This document shows, piece by piece, positions 12,525 through 27,654 of a DNA stretch of 64,000 nt. The stretch covers positions 1,984,001-2,048,000 of the forward strand of contig NC_086373.1 of assembly GCF_036588685.1 (NCBI RefSeq), written 5' to 3'. Each line of letters starts with the position of its first letter. Position 1 is the first letter of the stretch. The notes below the pieces were generated by a model, which was not told where the DNA came from, did no database searches, and saw only the letters and a list, made by a program, of their open reading frames with translations. Both the position numbers and the translations under genes were made by a program. This DNA comes from Mytilus trossulus. Its lineage: Eukaryota.

Positions 12525-15500
12525 TGGAATGAGTTGAAAAGTGAAAAATTCATTTTGACATATTTTTTTACAAAACGCACATTCAGTTCTCTTGATGCTA
12601 TTTCTATTACCAATGTTATACAATATATATGACGTTAACCACTATATTACTATAGATAAAAACAAATTGTGTAAAACGGTCAAAATGTATAAATATCACA
12701 AAAATGCAAAGAAACTTGCAGGAGAGATAACTTGACATTGTGCATCTCTTCAGTTTGTAACATGTACAAAAGTTCATTGCATTCGATATCAACAAAACAA
12801 CTAAATAGTTGATCTCCATTGTATCATATGTGTATGTGTATATGTCTCACAGAACCAAGATAGTATTTAAGCGCAATGGTTTGAAGACCTTGGAATGCAC
12901 TGAAAACTTTACAGTGTTAAATTTCTTAATATTATAACTATAGTACATTACTTTATTATATTACTCGTCTCGATGCACATTCAGAACCACCACATTACTT
13001 TATAATATTACTCGATGCACATTCAGAACCACTCGAGACTAGATTTACTTAATATCAATGTTAATATACATCTATGAGTGCACTAACCACAATATAGAGC
13101 AAGAACATTGGTAGCAAAAAGCAGTGAAACCGGTAGGAAAGCTATTTTATTCGTTGATCTTCATATGGTGGTTAGTGTAGACAATTACAATATATTTGTA
13201 TATATACTTATCATGAAAGCTTTATAAGAACAAATCTATAACTTTTTATTTTATTGTTATTGTCATTTTAATACTTCAAAATGAAAAGCTGTGTGAAATT
13301 TAAAAGGTACTATGTAAGAGAAGATGTCGGCTTTATATTCCTCTTTTATTCAGTTAAGGATGATTTAATCGTAACTATTACAATACTTTAAATGTATATA
13401 GTCTGAACTTCAATTTTAATTCTATACCCGGGGCTATCATATCGTTAAAATCACATCATTTTGAAAACGTCGAATGATGTATCGGTGAATATTTTGGTCA
13501 CAAATTTAAATTGAAATGTGAAAGATACTGTGTTACATAATTGATGTAGTAGTTAACCAAGTCTGTGAGAACATGATTTATTTATTAGTTGTTATTTGCT
13601 TTGAATTGGCTTTCAGTCACTTCGAGTCCTCTTAGATCGGTACTTTTGTCTTTTGCTTCATTTATTATTGTTTTCCTTAGAGAATTAAAGAGTCAACTGA
13701 CTTCTAAATGATTTTTACAGTTGTTCTTATGTTACACTGTTACGCCATTGTCAAAGATTATTGGGAGGGTTGAGCCCTTTCACAATTTAGTCAAGCCACA
13801 TTCTATATATGCATGCTTGGTCCATGTCAGGAGTGGTCGTCATTGCTTTTCGTTTACTGTCTTGTAATAAATCAGGCTGTTGTTTTGTTATGTTTTATTG
13901 TTTTTGAACCATTTCAATAGCTTATTATGCGGTCAGGGTTTTTCTTACTGTTGAAGGCCGTGCGGTGACGTACAATTGCTATTATCAACGTAATTGGACT
14001 CTGTTGGACAGTTGTCTAATACATAATACCATGTCTCATTTTTTTTATACTACTACAAAATTTTGAAAATAAAATAATGATTTAATACTAGAATGCCGAA
14101 ATGTTTCACAGACTGAGTGATGTGAATAAAAGATTGTCACGGTAGAACTTATGAGAACCAAAACAATATAAAACCAAAAAGGGTGTTGGTTACGCATCTT
14201 ACAATTTACCATACAGTTTAGGTGTGTTTCATTCAGAAGTTTTATTATGTGTATCCAACCATTAAACCACAAAGTAAAAAATAATATTTTGCATTAGTTT
14301 TGAACTATTAAGAAATATCAATTTATTTTATTCACAATGAATGGGTTTTAAAAGGACAAGTGTAACATAACATCGGTGTGAGGAAATTTTAACTAGGAGC
14401 AAAAAAAAATGTTTTCTGTATAAGCGATATCATTGAAATTAATAAGTCATGATAAAAATTTGATATTTGCATATTTAGTTATAATTAAAACACTGAACTA
14501 GAACTTTATATTTTGCTTTATAAGCACACATGCAATAAGATAATTCACACCAAACATTGACACCTCTAACTCGGAAATAAAAAAGAGGCTTTGAGTGGGT
14601 TGACAAAAAACAACCGTGAAATCATAAGTGGTAGCGGGGTAGCGGTCAGTCGTATTTATTTCAATATTGATTTCCCTGTCCGTTAGTGAAATAACATCCA
14701 ATGAATATCTTTCACACATTATTCAAACTGAATGAAAAGAAAATGAGACATAAATAAGATGGCACCCGTAATGACCTTCCCACCTGCCGTTGAAGAAGCT
14801 AGGAGGTCACAGCTACCACCAATTATTTAAATACTTCACTGATTTAAACAATTCTAGTGAAAGTTTATTTTAAATACTAACAAATTGTGGCCGTGGGAAA
14901 AGGTATAAAATAAAATACCGTTAATTAAGAACTTCTAAGCCTAAGGTAGACAGATAAAAATCAAAACTCATGTCACCTATTAAATGTCTCTTTTGAAGGA
15001 TACACAGTCAAACTGTGTTTTTACACTATCATTTACTTAAGATATTGACAAAATATTGATGGAATTTTAATGGAAATGTTACGGATCAGCTAACTTGCAA
15101 ATTTGCCAAAAATAATTAAATTTAAAAGTACGTCTTGATCGTAATCAAACTTTTTCCTTTTTCTTTTTGCACTCATATATTTTCTAATTGTGTGTTAAGC
15201 TTTAAATACAACCCACACATAAAATGTGCACCAAGTGGTTTCTGTATGCGAGATAATAAGAGATTTACTACAATACAATTGTAAAACTTGTCATCTATGA
15301 CAGTAAAACTTTATTAAAGAGGTGTAATGTCTGCATGTAAATTTCTTTTGATCTAATTAAAATTCCACTTAAAATTTAAGTTCATTAAATTCGACTGAAA
15401 CATGCACAAATTATTTTTATTTTATTATTATCTTATTTTTATTTTATTTTTAAATTTTAGTTAAAATTATATGAGTTAAAAGTAATAGTGACTATGTTTC

Positions 15501-15785
15501 AAAAATTGAAGTTGCCTATTACAAAATTATTTACAAGTATATACACTTTATTCGAAATATATATGTTTTCTGTCAATATCAGAGGAAAATGTCTTCCCGA
15601 GACCCCCAATGCAGTATAAGAACTGCATGGAATTATCTATTTACTAATACCAAGGAGGTTTTATAATCTCATTGCTTATACCAATTAACCATGGTTACAA
15701 AAAGCAGATTTTTGATTGGTTGAGAATAATTAAAACTATAAACTTTTCTAAAAACTTTCTATGATAAAAAAAAAAGATACCTTAC

Positions 15786-16393
15786 CTCTTTGGTTTGTAA
15801 ATACAAAGTTTTTTGGTACGTCTCAAATTTCAAAACATGCACCTCTCTTGCATGCTTAATCTCTATATTGTAATTCCAATTATCAGAATCCATAAAATAT
15901 ATGTACTTTTAAAGATATTGATATTATATATCACACATGTGCAGTTAATTATACTAATATCGTCCTTTCGAGATTCCTAGACTTTGTCCTTACCTTGTAT
16001 CATCTGCTTCACTGAATGAGCTTTGATCACCGCTCATTCTAAACCTGGAAAACTTGTCTTGCAGGTCTTCAAAAATAACACTATTGTATATGGAACCAGT
16101 TTTTTCTTCAATAACAAATATAGACTTCAGTTCAATGTTCCTATTGGATACTTCCAACGCGAAGGCAGAATGTTTATACCTAGTCAGGTGAGACGAAGCT
16201 ACCTGTCCCACGTTGTGTCAACAGCAGTCGGACAAAAACCAATTATCTTCTGCATTATTGTATTAAATATTATCTTTGATGGAACCATCTTTAATAATTC
16301 ATCTCGTAAATGCGTAAAATAACAACAAGTTTTATCCGTATATTGTTTTGGATGTTTTTTCACTGTGTTAAGGTGGGAAATATGATTTGACAT
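15786..16393 (-). pseudogene. Probable decayed gene fragment (frameshifted exon plus an exon with a mutated acceptor)
   Basis: ORFs 16199-16393 and 15990-16211 overlap in different frames; the latter ends at donor AG|gtaagg (15994). 102 nt further on, a phase-compatible open stretch 15786-15891 (DSDNWNYNIEIKHAREVHVLKFETYQKTLYLQTKE) ends at donor GAG|gtaagg, but its acceptor reads ttttAT instead of ttttAG. Confidence 0.35.
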
Positions 16394-19300
16394 GCTTCAG
16401 GAACTCTACCATTCAATACGTAAGATTTTTGTTCATTGTTCGGACATAATAAGCTATTGAATGGAATTTGTTTAGATTTCTCAGGGTTCATTTAACTGTA
16501 ATAAGGCTTTGAGGAGAATATTAAAAGTAGTGGGGTCTCTCTACGGGTCGCCAGTTAAATACTACCTATAACAGTCAATTACAATTTTTATTTTAAATTA
16601 CGAGACTGCTTACTATATGCACCTTACTTTATTAAATAGTAACTTGTTATTTATGTAAAATGATAGAAGGAAATTATGATTCACCCAGGTGATTTGATTA
16701 ATTATTCATAGTCTTTATTATACTTTTTTTCTATAAAAAAATAATAATTGATTACGTAATAGACATGATTATTTGATAATGATACGTTTTTTGTTTAATG
16801 TTTACCTGTAGTCTATGATGATGATTATTTGATAATGATACGTTTGTTGTTTAATGTTTACCTGTAGTCTATGATGAACGATCTACAAGAGTGGGAATTT
16901 CCTTTTATTAGTTTGTTGAAATTTGTGTAATAATTTTCACCAATTATAATGAATATTTGTAAATATAATAATAACCTTTAATCTTAATTCTTATTATGGT
17001 GATTTAATTACGTGTCTATATAAAAGGATAACAGGGAATCCCAATACCAATATATTAGACAACACAACATATACCACCAACCGCCAACATTAGAAACATT
17101 AGAAAAACCATGCGCGGATAGTGACAAAAATAACATACGATCCAGCGACTTTTCACACATAATTTTAAAGTAAAAATATTCGTAGTCATACATATTTCAG
17201 TAAAACCTGCGATCAATTTTTATCTTAAGATTGTTTGTGAAAAGAGTTGCAGATCGCCTGACTTGTATGGACACGCAATTCAGTGTCATTACATTCAATA
17301 TCAATTACTAAGTGTTGTCAAATTAAAAAATGAAACAAATATATTCCTTTTTATCTACTTTTCAAAATGTATGTTCTCTCACATATCTTTTGGTTTTGAG
17401 CGAAAATTGTGTTGAACAAAATCTTAACAGCCGATGTTTATATTACAAAATAGCTCTCCATCGTTTTTATCTTGACAGATGCTGAATAGCCATGATCGTA
17501 CACAAATTCAACCAAACTAATGAGGAAAATTTTACATTTATTTTTACATATAACGAGTATGACATAACAAATGTTATTGTTAAAGGGGTTAATGACTTAT
17601 GTGTACTAAGGTTATGTAAGGAATAACCTAGCTGACAATACAAACTTTAAATTGTTATTTGGATGGAGAGTTGTCTCATTGGCACTCACACCACATCTTC
17701 CTATATCTATTGAACTACGTAGTACACATGTAGGATGTATGATACTTTTCAGTTTACATAATAATTTGTTTTGTTGTTTAGTACAAGAATGATATATAAT
17801 ATTATTTTCAAATTAGCAAAAGTATCACCTCCTCCAAAATATCTAAATGTATGATAAACTTATATAATATGAATGTTTGTTAACTTTGAGTTTTGTTTGT
17901 TTGTAAATATTGTCATGTTTGTCTTGGTAACAATGCATTATTTGGATATAACACTAATATTTTTTTTTTATATAGCATCGCAAGGATGTGTGGGCCCTTT
18001 ACTCCTGAATACATCAAAAGGGTCACAGGAATCACCGACAGTAATCATTATGGACAGTAGAACAGACCACACCAACCATCAACGCCCGTCTAAAAAAATG
18101 AAACAACATGATATAAATTTTATTTGTCTGACGTTCTTTTCCGGATTTACCTTAATCAGGAACGCTCACAGACGAACTTTTGAAAGCCAAGGAGGTATAA
18201 GGTCCGAAAACGTTGAAGAGCTATAAGTTAACCAAAAAATATTTTAAAAATAGCCAAGTCCATCTAAGGCCAACTGTGCCTGAGGGATTTGAAACCTTAG
18301 TTTCTTTATTCAAGATGCATATACTGCAGTGGAAAACAACGAACAACACATGGATCAAATAGTATGACTTAGGACAAACAAATAATTTTGGGAGGGGAGG
18401 GAATCCAGTTTGACGTGCTCACCAATATCACCTTTCTCTCTTTAGACAATGTGTCGTAAAAGTCAAACTCTCAATAAAAATGCTTCTCAGAATTATCTGA
18501 AATTTATGATACCAGTTAATAGAAAAACCATGCGATTTAAAAAAAAAAAAAAAAACCATATAATTTATACACTGAATTTTGATATTCTAAACTACATTGC
18601 GACAGCAGCAATAGCCACACTCAATGCAAAAAAGTAATTTATACAGGAAGCTATCGAAAAATACAAGGTTTCACGACATAAAATATGAATTATAAATGTA
18701 TGTTTTGGAAAGTAAAATTATTTAAAATTTTTCAAACAATCATCAAATATAGAGTTTTACTCGATGGTCCCATAAAATACTCAACTTTAACACAATACGC
18801 CGGATATAAAGATTGAAAAATTATACCATTTTCAAATTCAAAAGATATTCAGTGAAAAAACGTACTCCAGAAGATATTCTGATTAAAACAGCCCATTAAA
18901 TATATAAATAAAACTGCGGTCTATATTCCAACGACAACATGACGGTGCATGATAGTTCTTTTATTATACTTTGCATATGCCAACAACGGATTTATTTTAC
19001 TTTGATCTTCAGTTATATATATCGTGTATCTATTTTGGACAACCGCAAATGCAAAAAATAGTAACTTGCTTTCATTTAAAGTTTCGTTACGTTTACATGG
19101 TAGGTGGTACAAAGGAAACAAACTATCTTTCAATTTGCTTTTAACTCTACTAAAGCAGGGTTCTTGAACCAAAATTTATAACAAATAATTGACTATTTCA
19201 TTTCACGTTGCATGTTCGCATTATTTTAATTCGTTTGTCTTTTTTTTAAACTTTGAGTGCACTTGCTTTTGTGCTATCTACTACTAAGTATTTTATATTT

Positions 19301-22300
19301 TTATTTCATATTTGGTATTTATAACTTATGGCACATAAAGTGTTCGCACATCTCGCAATATCTGAAGTTTGCTGTAATGCACTTTTATAAATTTTACACA
19401 AATTAGAAAACTAAAACTCCTTTCAGTCGAAAAATCCAACTGTTACAAATAACACTTTATAAATTTCATGTGTCCGGAGCGCTTTTTTTGGACTTACCCT
19501 TATATGAAACGATCAATCCGAATAATTGAGAGCGAAGTATGTATAAGAAACAAAAACAGTTGAAGAGCTATATGTAAAAAAAAAGACATAAAACAATAGC
19601 CAAATCAATTTAATGTAAATTTTGCCAGAATGAGTTGAGACCTTTGTTTCTCTAGAAAATTATAATTGGAGAATTTATGAAAGGTGCGTTATAAGTATGT
19701 CAGTATCGAAGTACTGATTGACTACCTAGCTTGTAAGCGTGACAGTTCCTTGACAGTGAGAAGACCAGTGTTCTCGAAAAACTCAGTGTTTGTTTTTGTA
19801 GATCTCTAGATCTCGATGAAATGTAGCATGCTTATGACTATCAAGAACTCTCATCTAAAATTATTGAACGGATGAAGCTATAAAAATCTGTTTGCATAGA
19901 TTTTTACAATATAAAAATATTTTCGTCCATAAAATAGTTTACATGTTTTAGCGCATCTTCTCGATTTATGATGACTGTAAGTTAAAATGAATTTCAGAAT
20001 GATAATTGTTTTATACAGTTTAATGGATGATTTTAGATTTGTCATTGTGGTTTCAAAAAAGCAATTTTTACCTAAATAGTAAGAAGAGGTATTTTTGTAT
20101 TGTTCTTGACTAATGCACTTGTTGGAGACTTATTCGTATGAGGAAATATCTACAATAGGAATTTAAAACGTCTTTGGCTATGTAGGCCATGTAACAATGT
20201 TGTTAAAATCTCATTTAATATGTGATCTCAACCTTTTTTATTCTATTATTAATCATTCACCTTCCTGCACTTAAGAAAATTGCATATAAAAAATATCATC
20301 TCCGTCTTAAATTTATACCGTTCGTACGTCAACAACATTGTTTTATTATTAAACATTCTTAATATTTCCTTATTTTGATAAAACTATACAATTCTGTGTT
20401 ATTGAATTGCTCTTTGATAAAATCAGTACACAGGAAATTAGTTTTTAACAAAATGCTGATAGTGTAAACCGAATGGTTGATTGGTACCTACTGTAAGTTA
20501 CTAACCGTACTGTCTACATAATTATGATTCACAAAATCAACTTCACGTAGTCACCTGTCTGTTGCCGAATCTCACAAAGCTGACAAATTTAATATCTATT
20601 TATTAACATCAACTTCAACATCAACATTTTGTGACTAATTCTGAAAATTTGAAAGCCAACATGGTATGTTTGTTGATCAACATTTGTAGATCAGCATTTG
20701 ATGTCTGCTTTGATAAGACAGATCGCTACATTATGTGATATTACTTTACTCTTGAAAGACGTGCGTTGTTTCAGTAAAATATGTTTTTGTTGTACAGTTA
20801 TCTTGTTTTATTTCAGAACTATCAAGAATTTTCAGAATTTGCAGTACAGCATTCAATTCCAGTGCAAATAGAGAAAAAAGGTGCTATTTTAATTTTTGTT
20901 TGGTTAAGTTCACATCAATTGTCAGGCCGCTCAGGCGACTTTCAGAATCTGTTCAAAATTACTTGGAAGGTACATGATGTGTGAAGGAAAGCGCTGCGAT
21001 GTGTTTCGTTATCTGTAATCAAAATAAGGTATCCAAAAACACGAATGCCTAGTTATCATAATATCATCATAGACTGTATGGTTCAGATTTCTGCAATAGT
21101 ATCTGCACCCAAACATATACAATCTGGAGATTAAATCTACCTATGAAATATGTCACTTCTTTTTAATTAAACTGAAGTTCGTGAAATTAGGCTAAAGTTC
21201 TTGCAAAGCGAATATAGATGCGAATAATGTTTCACTGACAGAACGTTGAACTTGCTACTCAACACCGAGGAACTGCAAAAAAATATCTAGTTTTTAAACA
21301 ACAGACATGCAATGGTTCGTTCTTACCAGACTAACTGTATACACATTTGTTTTACTAAATAACCGGTGGGGAACGAACACGATGTTATATGTCACCTTAT
21401 ATGCATGTAACTTATTCTCCTTACTGATTAAAGAAACTGCATATTTAATAGTAAACATTTTTAACACGACATTATTCGATTCCTGTTTTTATATATATAC
21501 ACCTCTTAAAAACTTTTGATTCATGATATGAATGAAATCATTTCACTAGGTGAGAGCTGAGAACCATATACCACTAGGAAAACCGTTCAGAAGCCTGTTA
21601 CATTCTTTTCGACAATTGCTTTTTTTTTATGGAACAGATTTATCTAATTTATGCGATTCAAGATTCGGTCGCACTTGCTTCTCGGATAGCTTTTTGAATT
21701 TTGTTGACTTCTTGTCAGAAGCTAGTTTCTGTCCAGATAGTTACACGTCACCAGCTATCGGCATTTTAAAACAGAATAATGAACAGATATGCCTACATTG
21801 TTCGCTAGCAATGTTCTGTGCAACACAAGACCTCAGATCTCTGAGTAAAGATACAATTATTTTCATGTGATTTAATATTCTATTTGATTTATTTTCAGTT
21901 AAACATGAAAGTTAACTTCAAAAAAAGAATCGTTGACACTTTATCTACAAAACAAGGAAACAACTATTGGGTGCGCACGACGAATCTAAAATTGAGCATA
22001 TGCTATGCACAAGGACAATGTTGTACCGAGTTTAGTAACAATTGGTGACTTTAAAGCGTCACTTAAAGAAGATTTTGGCAAATTATAACTTATTTTACTT
22101 CAAAATCTTAGGTTTCAATAATGTTAAGCAATTTATGATGCATAGTTTATTTATTCCGCTTTTATAGGTTTGTAATCTAGTGATCCTGTCTCAATCTCTG
22201 CTTCGCGTCAGTAGGTTCTACTGTCAAGCAGTGAACCAGTACGAATAATGAAAGGACAACGCAAATTACATGACACAAACTAAATCAAGGTCGAAATCTT

Positions 22301-25300
22301 ACTAATTTTACAATCGGCATTTAAACAACTTCACACGTTATGATGGCGTCATTAAAGATCTTATTTATGCGTAAATAATAGTAACTATACTGATGAAATC
22401 AAAACTCTTTAAAAAGAGAAAATATTCATTCATTTTCAAACTTAAGAAAACTATTATATCAGATAACTTGGTGTACTAACTGAATAAATGTTTATTATGC
22501 ATTTCAAAAAACCACAACAAATTTCAAGGTAATGGGTTTTTTTTATTGCTAGCGTATACATTTTTACATCTTGATAAAACTGATAAATAAGTTTGGAGAC
22601 GTAGAAATGACATAAACTGATGCGTCTTTTAGAAATTAGAATTTAATTCGTACAGGCAAGAGCTGTTTCAATTATTTTTATTGGATGTTATCTCTTTTTA
22701 ATGAGAACTATATATGCATTGCAAAATCACCATACAGAAATCGTTGAAAAGCCAAAAAAGAACATACATGAAAATTATGTGATATTAGTTGCATCGCAAC
22801 GTGCTTATATTGTTGAAGGCTATACGGTGACTTTTCATGGTTCATGTTGCTGTCCTTTATGTGACGATAGGGTATCGGGGATTGGGTGGTAGGAGGAATT
22901 TGGAAATTGATAAACTGGTTTGGTAAAGACCTATAATAAGTATTCTTAGGAGTAGCCTAACCAAAACCTCACTGAAAAGTTCGTTGCAAATTATACAGTT
23001 CAATCTGTTTCTCATAGTAACACAATTTTAAACTGAATCGTCTCTGAAAAAAATGAACAATATGGTTTTTTTTCATTGTGCAGGATCTTAGGTAAGACAA
23101 TTGTAAAAGAAAGGAGTGGGTCAATTACAAAAACTATAAGTTGTAGGTTAATGCGAAATTTACGTTGCAAAGTGCAGACTAATAATCGAGTCAAAAATGG
23201 AACAAACAAACGTACATACAGATATATAGAAATTGAAGCAATTTAAATTTCTTGACGGTTAAACTAAGCAAGGCTATTTGGTCTTTATCAAGTATTTTAC
23301 TAACATTTAACCTTTTAGACTTTAAAACGAGCCTGTATAACTAGATGCTGAATTGAATGTAATAAAATGCAATACCCGGATAAACTAACGGACTTGTTAA
23401 ACGTCACCTTCTTATTAACGGACAGACATTTCAAGTACCAACGAGATTTCAAAATCGCTTTAGTCATCTCGAATATGTTGATCCTTAAAGCATTTCATAT
23501 GCGTAAACGAATATTGCATTTGCGACTAAAACTATATTGCATTTAACGATTCAACATACTTAACAAAAATTGCGCACTAGAATAGCTTTTTGAATTTTGT
23601 TGACTTCTGGTCAGAAGTTAATGTCCAGATTATAACACGTTATTAGAGAGAATAGATTTACGATTCAACTTTAGTCTTACTTAACAAAAATTGCGCAAAA
23701 TAAGAACTTTTTTGGTCGCAAACAAATCTGATAGGCCGAAAATGCAATAAGCTTGAATATCTGCAAACAAACTGCGTTATGTGTATTAGAATGGGTTCTA
23801 ATACAATATCAGTTTTAGTTGAAAAACGACCCGAAATATAGGCAATTGATATTTTTGAAAAATTTCGTGATTCAAGTCAAATTGCAATGTGCACGGAATA
23901 TTGAATATATATATATACTTTGAAATTTTATCAATTAAATGTTACATAATATATCCTACCCAATTCAACGGATGGTGAAATTAATAGAAAAAAAACATTT
24001 TATTTCAATTTTCTATACTTAATTCTACCCACGCCATATAGCCGGTGTTTACACCAAATGATATGGATGCACAGATGATATACTGTTCACATTTTACGTG
24101 GTAACCTTAGAACCTTATCAGTTCCGAAACTGACAGAAAAATCATAAATCATGCACAATTAATATTCTGTTTCAACTATTTAAAATTGAGATAACCACAG
24201 AGAAAATCACGAATGCAATTAAAATGAACAAATGTTGATTACATCATATAAGACTGGAAATCCACTATAAATAAATATGTTTAAAAATGGCCATAGAAAA
24301 AAGTCCTTTTGGATTATTTTTTTAACTTTAAAGTCGTTTATTAAAAAAGTTCACAATATATATACAGACGTTACGCACAGTATTGGTGCTACGTTTGTAA
24401 CGTCAGAAAACGTTCATCGACGGAACATTGAGAGAACGTTTTTAAAGCCTGTGTTAACGTTTGCATCTAAATCTTAGCATCCCACTTTTTCTCTTCTTCT
24501 TTTTTCCTTTCTTTCTTTATTTTATCTTATTCTTTCAGTAGTGGTTAAATTTGTTTTGGCCGGCAAGAACGTAGTTTATGCATAAAAAAATAAAATGACA
24601 AAATAAACGTTTCGTTGAAAATCACGGAAAAACGTTACAAGATTGCACGGTAACAAATCAGACTAGACATTTCGATTTTCTTATTATTTTTTTGTCTTTC
24701 ATTATTTATTCAAAATTCCTTTTATATGAGAAAGACTTTCAAAAACACATTACGAAAACAATACATAAATTAAAGAATAAGATACACAATTCATTTATAT
24801 TTGCGTTCGAATGTACAACATCTTTACGAAAACGTACATAATTTGTGCATTTAGCACACGGTAACAAAATGGACTAGACAAGCAAAAAGTTAAAATTCGA
24901 TTAGAAAATTCCACTTCCAAGCCATATTTTTGTACTATTTGTAAACGGTTATAAAAGCACATTAAGAATAATTGTTTTTTTTTTCGTTTATATATTATTG
25001 CATTCTATAAAATTTCTTACCGTAGAATCTATTGTAATTTTCCCCCCTATTTCATATGTCTTGTTTCATCCTCTTATGAACATTTCAATGCATCTTCTAA
25101 CTCGCATATTTGAAAAAAATGCCCAAAACGTCGGATGCGACGTCGAAGCGAATTGTGCTAAAATTTCGCATAGAATTTCCCGCTAATTTGCGTGCATAAA
25201 TAAGATTTTCTGATTCAAATTACTAAAAAAACTCGATTTCCATGTTACAAGTTATGCTCATTTTTTTGACGTTTTTTTCCCTTTAGGGTTATTTGATTTT

Positions 25301-25594
25301 ATTTTATGTTATAATTTTATTATTTCAAAGATATTACTATAAAACTATAGTCTTTTAGACATTACATATCATACCAGTTTTCATTTATTCTAAAAGACAT
25401 GCTCAAATTAGGAAGAAAAAACGTGGAACTAGTATGGACATACAGGTGTCTGACTATCAAACAGCATGAGCGACATAAAAAATAATTCTTCGGATCTCTC
25501 CACATATCATTGTTTGGAGTAAGAACGGTAACTCTAGTATAACATAAAAAACTGCTGTAATGATTCTTTGTTCATTTGCTATTTGGTACGGACC

Positions 25595-25699
25595 TAGTCC
25601 AAATAATTATTACTTCTAGCAATGCTAATTTTACGTCGTCGTAGGGAAGGCGTCCAAGAAAACAAATAACCTTGCCAGACGTCATAATTATTTGGACTA
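25595..25699. mobile_element. 105-bp MITE, TIR TAGTCCAAATAATTAT, 9-bp TSD
   Basis: Flanks GTACGGACC / GTATGGACC (1 mismatch); TAG..CTA termini. Confidence 0.7.
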
Positions 25700-27654
25700 G
25701 TATGGACCATATTATGCTTTATATCAAGTTCACGTATAAGGGTTGATTAGGCTTGTCGAAACAATATGCATAGATGTACACATTTCATATTTGAAAGGCT
25801 TTTGAAGTGATCAACTGTGACTACTCACACCAGGTATTAATGCTTGCATCAAATTTTGATGATTTTTCAATAGCTTGTTCAAATTATTTATATTATTTTA
25901 ATGATAAGTTAATGTATCTTTTTATTAATATTTTCTTCATAATAGTCTACTAAATATGTATAAACACAATTTATTTGTATATAAACCCAAGGAATAAGAT
26001 AAGTTGCATGTTCTTAAAAGACGACAGAAAAATTAAGCAACGTTTTTACTCTAATATTATTGAATGGTTAATCATGAAAGTTTGCATAGACGACACTCAT
26101 AAAAAGTGATTTCATAGTTTATCAATTCCCTTAATATTTCTAAAATTTAGGAGTCATTGGATGTTCTGAAGGTGGTTTAGTTCAACAACACCAAAGTAAT
26201 GCATTTAAACGTTGATGTACGTAGTATAAACCATACGTACTAAACCTCTGTGTCCATTTACAAATGAATTTGAATTTCCAATTGAGCCAACATATCGATA
26301 GCGACATCAAGTTTTAGAAACGTCGAATATTGTTAAAAATCGTGGGTTCGCTGCAGTTTTTTTTTTTTATAGAACTTTCAAAATGCATTGCTTATAAAAT
26401 TTATGTATTTCAAAATTAAACTCGCCTTCTGAGCCAAGATATCGGTGCTGATAACAAACGAGTAGAAACACCAAAAAAACTTAAGACGCTTTTTAAGCCT
26501 CATCTATATAATAGATATTTCAATAATTGTCTACTTTCCTGCAAACATATAACTGTACGTGCCCGTGCTCGACATTTTTCATTGTGGCTCACCGACCTCG
26601 TAAATTTTAAGAGCGCTACAACAAAAAAGTAATTAAACGAAATGTAATAAATTAAACAACATCAGTAATTATAACATTCTAACTTAAGCATACAACTTAA
26701 TTAAAGATAGTAATTGACCTAGCTGCTTGAATGATGAGGTCCAACAGTTTCTTCAAAAACCTGTCCATGTTAATTGAGCAGACGGTTTTCTTCCGAGCAG
26801 GTTCTACAAGTGTCTACTAGTCTCACCTAACTAGACGAACCAGAATCCTTATAAACCACATCCAATGACGGTGTACAAATTAAAGAAAAACAACATTAAA
26901 GGCAAACTCTGCGACGGGTACTGATGTCAAAGTTCATTAAACGAAATAAAAATAAATCATAATAATCATAAGTAAGCAACGAACTTTCGGTGAATCTTTG
27001 ATTCTTTTTGAAAATACAAGTAATTAAAAAAACAAATATAAGATATATGAAAATTAACGAATCAGATCAAGATGTTGTCTCGTGTTTATGATTATAAGAT
27101 CAGTGGTCCAAAGCAACAATTGTTAACATCGTCATTTACTTATTTTCATTTTTATTATCTTTTTTTATTTTCTGAATTTACATTCAAATGTAAAAAAAGG
27201 TTTTGGTTTGATGCTCTCATGAAAACATCGCAGAAAGTCTGAACAGTCAGAGATTGCTCTGACGTCCGACAAGCAAGGTAGTTCCTTGTTTCAATATATA
27301 AATTATAAATTCTTTTCAAACTTTTCCATTCTAACAGAACTTTATATTTGTTTTTCTTTTGGAAATTGCAAAACCACTGTCGTAGAAATATTTAGATAAT
27401 TTGTGAAGAACTCCCCAAACTTGTGGTCTCGAGCATATGTTGTAAGGTGTTTTCGGGGCAATTAATTGCATCTTGCATTTCTATATTCCCTTTTATCTTC
27501 GTTTTTACACCTCTTTACCCTGTATTGCAATATATGATCATATATTTTTGACAACTGTATTGTTCAAAATAACTTGAGGACACCATTTTATATCAGATAA
27601 AAAGAAAAGGGTATTTCATTTTGTTGTTAAGTTTTCTTCTTTTTCTTAAACTGT

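Noticed and set aside
16766-16876. 55-bp tandem duplication (a similar ~45-bp one at ~12945-13032)
   Set aside because: Ordinary local slippage duplications with no further structure.
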